64,000 nucleotides of DNA, taken from assembly GCF_009914755.1 (NCBI RefSeq), contig NC_060927.1, one strand, 5' to 3'. Positions within the stretch are counted from its first letter, which is position 1. Each line of letters starts with the position of its first letter. This stretch comes from the human T2T-CHM13v2.0 reference genome, Homo sapiens. Of the stretch, positions 54,759 to 64,000 are shown in pieces. Made by a program: the position numbers and the translations under genes. The notes under the pieces are model-generated. The model saw only the letters and a list, made by a program, of their open reading frames with translations. It was not told the origin of the DNA and ran no database searches.

Positions 54759-55177
54759 GAAAGAGAAGGGGAAGGAAGGAGATTGAGAAGCAATTTAAAT
54801 TCTCTACCATGTAGTTATTGAGAGATGTCATTGCTTTTATATTCAAATACAAGCTCTTCTTGTCAGACAAATCTGGTGTTCAGCCTGGCTGTGCACTAAG
54901 AGAGCAGCTAAGCGGAGGCACACAAAACTCAGGTAATAAAATGTTACGCCTTTCAAAGTGACAGTGGAAGGCTGACTGCCATCTTGGCTCCCCTCCTCCC
55001 GAAGGGCCTGCTGCTGCTTGAGATGCAAACTCCCAGCAGGATGGCTGGCCCTGGAATGGGAGCACCTGTTCCCCAAGAGGACAGTGAGGTAGGACAGGGA
55101 GGAGCTGGAGAAAGGGGTGAGGGTATTGACTAGGTCACTATCTTGCAACTATGTCCTTTGATCAAAACAGCAGCAGA

Positions 55178-55542
<365 letters not shown>

Positions 55543-57311
55543 TCACGCTTTTTAGAGGCCTTCAGGAGTATGTGTGAAAGACAGCCGCTGGCTCGATCTG
55601 CCAACTGCCAGAAACTAGCAAATGTACATGGAATCTGAAACAAACAAACAAACAAAAAACCCTGCCCATGGGAGGGCCTGGGAACTCATACTTTGTCAAT
55701 ATATACCTCCCCCTCATTCCGACCCTCCCCAAACTAGGCACTCTGTGGAGTGCGAGGTAGGAAGGTAGCAGGCTTTTTCAAACTTTCCAGCCAAAGCACC
55801 ATCAGGGCAGAAGAGTATACTAAGAAAAGGAAATTTCTGAGTTCTTCCCTTTTGTTCTTAGAATACATGTTGAATTTGCATTTCACCTAACTCCATAATT
55901 TGGGCAGTGAGATCATCTACTGACCTTCTGCTGTGTGCCAGGTGGTGTGCCACCTTCCCTCTCTTCCCCCTGGGGAGGGCCAGCCTTTTCCAGGAAGGCA
56001 AGGGTAGGCACTGATGAAGGAATTACCCTGGCTCAGGCAGAGCAAGTCCAAGGCTGGGCTCGCCAAGTCCCAACACACCTTCTGGCAGCAGAGTCTATTA
56101 AGCAAAATCTTCAGATGTCTGGGTCGCGGGGCAGCCGGGGATTTTCGAAAGCACTGAAGTGAATGGTCATGTCAAGAGGCTGCCAGCCTCTCACCTGCTG
56201 TCAGGAAGAAAGGCTTCTGGTGTCCAGGGAATCAAGAACGACTCACTTAAGCAGGAGTGTGACTAAGATGAGAGCAGATTCTAGAGCGCTACTGACAGCC
56301 GGAGTACACTGTTAGATCTCTCCCAGAAAATGATGGACGAGAAACCCACAAGGCAGGGAGTGTGGCTCCCTGCCACGGTGCTGGGCCAGGCCATGCTGTT
56401 GGCATGCAGATGCTCCGGGAGCATTTTCTGGTCTGCGGTTAGGATGCCAGAACCTTCCCTCTTCTGCAGTTGGGATTGCATTTGATGGCTCTGAATGGTC
56501 CTATCTGTAACCACTAGGCTCCTGAACATGAAATGAGCTGTCACTTTGCAAAGCTACATTGGTTCCCAATGTGGTCCCTATGGTGGGAAATAGCAGGTTG
56601 CAGGACATCTGAGTTAGTACCCAGGTGGAGCAGGGAACTGTCATTTTCTGGGCATCTACCAGGAGCCAGGACCTCATCAGCTCACTAAATCCTTACAACT
56701 GTCTTAGCATTCTACAGAGAAAAAAAAACGGAGGTTCAGAGAGGTTTAATGATGCGCTCAAGGTCACAGACGCAATTTGTACCTAGTATGTCTTACCTGC
56801 AACTCCCTTGCTCTGTTCACTTAAGCTTTCACCCAAGCTATATAAGTTGGTGGAAGGTAGGTCAAATTTTTTTAAGTTTTTAAAACACCATAGTAAAGAA
56901 AGTTAAATGGGTCTCTTTCCTGTAGCACTTCTGAGAGCCTTTGTTACGCTAATGATCACTGTGAAACTTCAAGAAGGCGTCTATGTTAAACAGTTATTGC
57001 CAAACACATTTGGCCAAAGCTAGGCATCTGGCCTACTTGATGTTTCAAGGAACACGCTTTGGGGCAAGCTGTGCATTCGTTCTCTTGAAAACTAAAAGCC
57101 AGAGCTCTACATTAGACAGCCTTGATTCAAACCTTGACTCCCCCACTTACTAGCTGGGTAACCTTCCTGTGCCCAAGTGTCCTCATTTGTAAAGCAGGGA
57201 GTTAGGATTCCTGCAATCCACAACGATTTATTGAGTTTTTACTAAGTCTCCAGACATGGAGGGCTGTAACAGTGCTTACCTCATAGAACGTGACTAAGAT
57301 GGGAGTATATT

Positions 57312-57995
<684 letters not shown>

Positions 57996-58127
57996 TATAT
58001 TCAATAGAGTCACTGTGAAGATGAAACGTGTCTACATAAGGCATAAAACAGTACCAATAAAATGTGCCATTCTTTCTACTTCGATAAGTTTTGCTGTGAT
58101 GATACCAATCCATGTTGCATAGAACTA

Positions 58128-58456
<329 letters not shown>

Positions 58457-59421
58457 ACTAATGAATAACGGTCAGAGGGCTGGGAACATAAACAAAGGTT
58501 GTAGAGTGAACTGTTGGTCCCACCACTTCTACTCACATGTGTCCCCATTTCCAGTTCACTCAGTCTCATCTAGGCCTAAGCTCCCACTCGGGATTTATCA
58601 ATCTCTGCAGAAGAGGGGCGAGCCCAGCTGGGGTGTTGGCATTCCTGCCTCTGCTCAGCAGCCCACCAAAGTGGTCCCCATCTTGCCGGCCAGCACAGGC
58701 CACACGCGACACCACGACACGATTAATGGCATTAACAGTGCCGGAGGCCGCTGATTGTTCTAAGATGAATGGAAGCCACTTGCAATTCTCCCTCTTATTC
58801 CCCTATTTGTTTGCTGCCTTCGTGTGCATTGTCAGGGTGATTTCTACAAGCAGGAGTTGCTTGGAACTTCACAGTACAATTTATTAGAGGTTTCTGCCTC
58901 TTGGGAATGCCTTGGATTCACACATTTTCTAGATTGCTATAATTCCAACCAATAAGATAACTCTATTGGAGACTTCTCCAAACGGGTACAAATTCCTTTT
59001 AATGTGAAGAGGCAATGAATACAATTTATAAATCTGCCTGGCTCCCAGACACCGAGTGCTCCTCATTCTGGGGCTGCTGTGATGGCCGAATTACTCAGGC
59101 TGAAAAAATGATTCTCATCTAGAATTCACACCATGAGTGTGTTTGTGGCAGATCTAGGGGTTTGTACCTCAAACTTCTCTGTGCAAGAAGCCTGTGGCAT
59201 TTATGCACCACATGAAAAGAATCCCATTCTCAATTAAGAAGATATACATGTGTGTACGTTATACGTGTTATTTACGCACAATCCAGCAACTAATGCTTAG
59301 TAAGCTTCTACAGTGTGATCACAGCAGATGCCGTGCACATCTCTACTTCTTCCATCAAGTTTCAACTTTTACCTTTTCAATAATAACAGGACAGTAAACG
59401 TCATTTTTAAAAAATCGAATG

Positions 59422-59509
59422 TTTAATGATGAAAGGCCGTATTCATTACAACACTGTTTGTAGACATAGAAACGTCAAGCAGGTGTCAAAAATCCCACTG
59501 GACTTTATT
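59422..59509 (-). terminator. Distal poly(A) signals: AATAAA at 59504-59509 and ATTAAA at 59422-59427
   Basis: Minus strand UGUAAAUAAA and UGUAAUG...CAUUAAACAUUCG, followed by a U/GU-rich downstream element. Confidence 0.6.
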
Positions 59510-61777
59510 TACATGCAGGCTTTAACCAACTTTGCTCTTTGTTTTAGTACAGGAAAATTCATGAATTAAAACTTGAAAACACAATAAAACAATCACAAAA
59601 CAAATTATCTTCATTTCCGGTGTCATCAGTGAAGCATCAGAATGAAAGTTCAAATAAAGTTTTTGCTTCCCGTTGTTAAAAACATGGTAACACACAACCC
59701 ACCTCTGGGAGCACTGCGCCATGATTCCTTGGAGCAGAGAACACAGTAGGAGCACATACACCTCTAATCCCTACTTGACAACTGAGGGAAATGGCCCGGT
59801 CAGCTGACTTGCCCAAGGACACCCAGGCAGTCAGAGGTAGGAGTCTCACCTAGTTCTGTGGTTTCCAGGAATCATATCCATGTGGTGTTCTACTCTGTTA
59901 TTTGAGAGCCCCCGGTTGACAGAACCAGTAGGACAGCTTGGGCAAGTAGGTCCCGGTCTGGCCTGTAGGGTAAGACACTGGCAGGCCTTCAGGTCTGGGG
60001 TTCAGGGCTGCATTTAAAGTTACAGTGCTCATCACTGGCCTCACTAAGAATCCCCTGGTCTGACCCTGTTTTGAACAGGAAGTTGAACTCTTTGAAGAGT
60101 TGGGTGTTGGATATTTAGTTTTCTTCCTTCCTGACTCCTCCGAGCTTCTCAGCTGGCCTTCTTGGATTCATGCAGTTCCACAATTGAAGTGTTGATTAAA
60201 AACTGCCTTGAAGGGTTTCCCAGTTATTTGGGGTGGGTTTCGTCCAGGGAAGGAATGGCAAATGGGTTGCACTTCAGGAAGACGTGCTAACAATGAGCTC
60301 TAATGAGGATTCTGAGTCTGGATTCAGCTGGAAAGAAGCGCTGTGACTGATTAGTGATGTCTGGCACAAGCTGGAGGTGGGTAGGGGGACGGTTGGGGTC
60401 AATGTCACTTACTCTAGGTCTAGGTCAAGAGCATGTGTAGGAATGGGCCAATTTCAGCCTGTGCCCTCCCCTCCACAAATTCTTCCCTGTTATAACCAGC
60501 ACTGCACTGATGCACAATTGGGACTGTATAAATGCTTAGGGACTCGATGCCTTACCGTAAGCCCCCACCCAGCCTTGTAGTTAATGCCTGGAGAGAGGCA
60601 CTATCAGGCAGAACATCACACCTGCATGTCTACCTTCACTCCGCAGGCTTCCAGACACATCCTAGGATCCTGTCTGAGAAAACCAGAGCCCTCCTGCAGT
60701 ATCTAGTTGTCTATGTCCATTGTCCTCTCCTGACAGAAGCCCTAAAGACAGGCCGTGGGCTTCCTTCAGTGGTTAGCAAACAGAACCTTCTCGAGTTTTG
60801 ATCCTAACACAAAGATAGCTCTAACCTTCCTTGCTATGGTTTGAAGGGTTAGGAGTGGCCTTCCAGAACCGCTGGGAGGTCAGGGGCGTGCTAGACCAAG
60901 GGCCTCCTGGACGTCCCTTATGTTCTCTTCACTGCCCAAGGTGGAGTCTGGCTGGTTTCCATTTCCACGCCGTAGGGCTATGAAATCAGAGAGCACAAGC
61001 CTGGGCCCTTGCTGGCTGAAGTCGTCATTCCACCCTTGATCAAGAATAATTGAGCAAGAGCTGCTTCCATGATCCTGTCACACTCTAGCCATGGGATTTC
61101 TCAATGGGGATCTGGACACTTGGTGTTAACACTAGAGTTTGGCTGAGGATTAGAGAAAACCTTTTTGCCTCCCTTTCCGTCCACACAACTGGAAAGAAAC
61201 GACTCTTCCTTGTGCCTCCCCTGTAAAGACCAAGTGCTTGCTTTGGTCCACACCTGGTATGGGAGACAATTCCCATCCTCCTCCAAAGGATGGTACCAGT
61301 GCCACCAGCAGTGGGGGCCCTCACAGTGAACTCCTCAGGCACAAAAGCAAGCAGAGGGGCATGGGGTTAGCAGATCGCACGTCTGTATCCAAAATGGCCT
61401 GTGGGAAACATGAGAGACCCCATCCAATCCCTGTCCTTCAACCCTTCCAGATCCTTTCCAAGACTTCTGAGGGGCCAAACTTGGGTCACGTTCAGTACTA
61501 AAAAATGAGGACGAAGAATGGAACTTGCTGTTTTATCAGAACAGACCCATTTTCAACTCAACATCCTGCGCTATTTACACTCTCTTCCTTCCAGTGCTAG
61601 TTCAGGTGCAGACCCAGGACAAAATAATCGGGGATGGATCTTGACATGTTTTAAGTGGTTTCTTAATTCTTTGGAAGGTTATAGACTGGTATGCCTCAGC
61701 ACCTGCAGCAGCAGGCAGGAGTCTCCCTCGCATGGGGCAATAAGTGAGCTTGTGTGGCTTTTAGGTTAGTAACACAC

Positions 61778-61783
61778 TTTATT
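61778..61783 (-). terminator. Candidate AATAAA signal at the edge of the AU-rich block
   Basis: Minus strand GUGAAUAAAGUGUGUUAC; base composition changes just beyond it. Confidence 0.5.
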
Positions 61784-62194
61784 CACATCTCTGAGACATA
61801 GTTGACCTAAATCCAGTTGGCCAGAAACAGGGGTTGTCTTTTGAGGATTTTCAGTCCTCAATTAGCATATTTTAGCATCATCTCCATTTTCTTTCCTTAA
61901 ATCCCATTTCCTTCCTTTACATCATTGCAATCTATCTCAAAGGTTACACTTAGGAGACAGTTCATTTTCTTTCAAATTTTGGTGATTCTTTTGCCCCATT
62001 ATGTCTCCTTTTGCATCTTTGAGGTATGTACTTAAGATACCCAGCTATTTCAGCTTCTGATAAACAAGTTCTAAAATACAAAGTGAGCTTCCTATTCACA
62101 TTGGAAATATTCCACAGATTAAAAATTAACTATTATTCTAAAGGCTAAAATCTATACACACAAAAATAAAGATTTCCAATGTAAATTTTACTAT

Positions 62195-62200
62195 TTTATT
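62195..62200 (-). terminator. Poly(A) signal AATAAA, probably the main proximal site (cleavage ~62175-62180)
   Basis: Minus strand reads UGUAGUUUUUUCACAAAUAAAAUAGUAAAAUUUACA, then U/GU-rich CUUUAUUUUUGUGUGU. Confidence 0.75.
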
Positions 62201-62320
62201 TGTGAAAAAACTACAAGCAGAATTCATAAATAGACATTTCTATTTAAAGCAGGAAAATGATAAAGTGGCTTCTAATAACATAGTCGTGCACATGCCAGTA
62301 ACAGGAATATATTAACATCT

Positions 62321-62326
62321 TTTATT
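62321..62326 (-). terminator. Additional AATAAA signal
   Basis: TTTATT on plus, ~125 nt upstream of the main signal. Confidence 0.4.
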
Positions 62327-64000
62327 TGCTAGACAAAGAGCAGTGTCCAATATAAATTTCCCCCAAAACATTTAAGACCTGTGAATTTTTGACCAGTTCA
62401 CAAAACCACCAACTGACACTTTAGCATGAAGAAAAAAACAAACCTAACAGACTGTCAGCTCTAAAGACATTACAGAGCAGAAACTTCCAAAAGCGTTATA
62501 CAAGCTGTCTTTCTGGGCAAATGAAAAATATAGCTCGTATAATACATTAACAAAAATTCACAAGATAAGATTGTTTTGACATACTTAACAAGCATTCTCT
62601 ATTTGTCTCCAACAAACAAAGCTAAGGAAATAATGTAACCATCTTTACACAGTAAATTAAGGTTACAAGTCATACACAAGAACAGAACTGCTTGCGCATT
62701 AAAAACTGTTCAGCTCCATTGTCATACTCTAAATGTTGGCTCTTAAACCATTTTCGGTTACATACAAGCAAAGGTTATTATATATTCAGCAATTAATAAA
62801 TTTTCAATAATTTAAGATACGGTAGCTTAAAAAAGTAGACTGAGAATGGTCTTGATAAGGCAGGTGAAACATCTTAGTGGAACTAAACTCACAGAAGCTT
62901 CTGCCAATGTTTTTAAATATCCAGATTGAAACTGAAAGGTTTTGATTAGAATATTGTGTGGGTGTCAAGATGTCTTTTTTTTTGTAACTGCATGACTCAA
63001 GCAGAGCAAGTCAGGTAAGCTCTGTGTGCGCGCACACGCACGAGTGTGAAAGATTGCGTGGTATTAAAACAAATGGAAACTTGCAAGCGTAACACTGTGC
63101 TTTTTGTTTGTTTAACCTGCTTTCTGTGCCACTGAATACCAAGTATTTCTGGTCCTCTTTTAATGTATATCTTTATAATCTACACTAGTGTTTTTACACG
63201 CTGCCTACTAATTGTAGGGCATACTGCAGACACAGGAAGTTACAGGAATTCCATTTCCAGAATACATGCCTGAGGGATGTCATCAATTTCCAAAATTAAA
63301 AGTCTATAAAGTACCTACTACCTCACTACCCAACAGAATACACCACAGCAGCTAAAGGGCTGGCCCTGTAACATCTGATTGCTTAGATAACTCCCACTGT
63401 TAGCTGCGGTTTCTACAAAGATGGTAATTTCATGCCACTTGTTCTAAAGCAATCTTCTTCCCCTTCCTTCACCCCTCCCCATTCTTTAATTTATCACGGA
63501 GGCAAAACTGAAAAACCAAAACATTGGCATGAATGAATTAGCAGCCTATGAGTAGCTGGTTAATCAGCTTTTTCCACTAATCTATGGGGTCCAATCACTT
63601 TACATGAAACTAGTTTTTGAAAAAGTACACAGTGTGTCTGAACAAAGTGCATACCAACAGTTATTGGTTCAATAAGCAGTGCAACCTACACGAGTTTGGT
63701 GGCATTTAAGTTTTTTCAAAAAGTTAAAAACAGCAATTTCTTAAACCTCTGGAAAATAAATATGGCTGACTAATTTACCCTCCCTGAGACCCTTAATAAA
63801 AGGAATATTAAAACTTTAGAAGGAATGTCTTTGCAATATCCCACCAATATTAAAATGTGGATTTAAAATTCATAGTCAAATCACTATGTATTATATATTC
63901 TGATGCTTATAGAAAGCATCTGATTTCCTTTGGTTCATTAATAAATACTTTAAAAATGTATTTAAAAAGATAAGCAAAGCTTGCATCCCAGACACAAGCA

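Larger units (their letters stand above)
59405..64000 (-). other. RYBP: Distal 3' UTR (terminal exon) of a minus-strand gene, most likely RYBP; CDS lies beyond the window
   Basis: AU-rich sequence almost free of repeats from ~61.7 kb; poly(A) signals with downstream GU/U-rich elements on minus; miR-125 and miR-9 sites. The gene name comes from my recollection of the RYBP 3' end sequence and of two annotated 3' ends ~2.8 kb apart, which matches 62.18 kb and 59.41 kb. Not verified by alignment. Confidence 0.7.

Noticed and set aside
63230-63340. A new let-7 family pre-miRNA gene
   Set aside because: No adequate complementary 3' arm visible; reported only as sequence similarity

Overview
This is primate, almost certainly human, genomic DNA: it carries a young AluYa5 with intact target-site duplication (TSD). 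About 59 kb is intergenic and repeat-dense, with Alu, MIR, L2, L1M/HAL1, MLT/MST/LTR16/LTR33/MER57 LTRs and hAT MER elements. The last ~4.6 kb (59.4-64 kb) is an AU-rich 3' UTR on the minus strand with several poly(A) signals, which I recognise from memory as most likely RYBP (3p13); this needs BLAT confirmation. No protein-coding exon is supported, and all long ORFs come from low-complexity arrays or Alus. I found no convincing novel multi-gene system. Best observations: (1) a TSD-flanked, poly(A)-tailed orphan retro-insertion inside an old L1; (2) a 14-nt perfect miR-125a site and a let-7-like sequence in the 3' UTR; (3) a ~4 kb block of a TG-rich array, an ETS-CRE motif, a degenerate TGAC array and a CArG/CCAAT/GC-box cluster; (4) several compact enhancer-like motif clusters; (5) young or rearranged insertions and duplications. 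Repeat subfamily calls and old-repeat boundaries were made by eye and are approximate.
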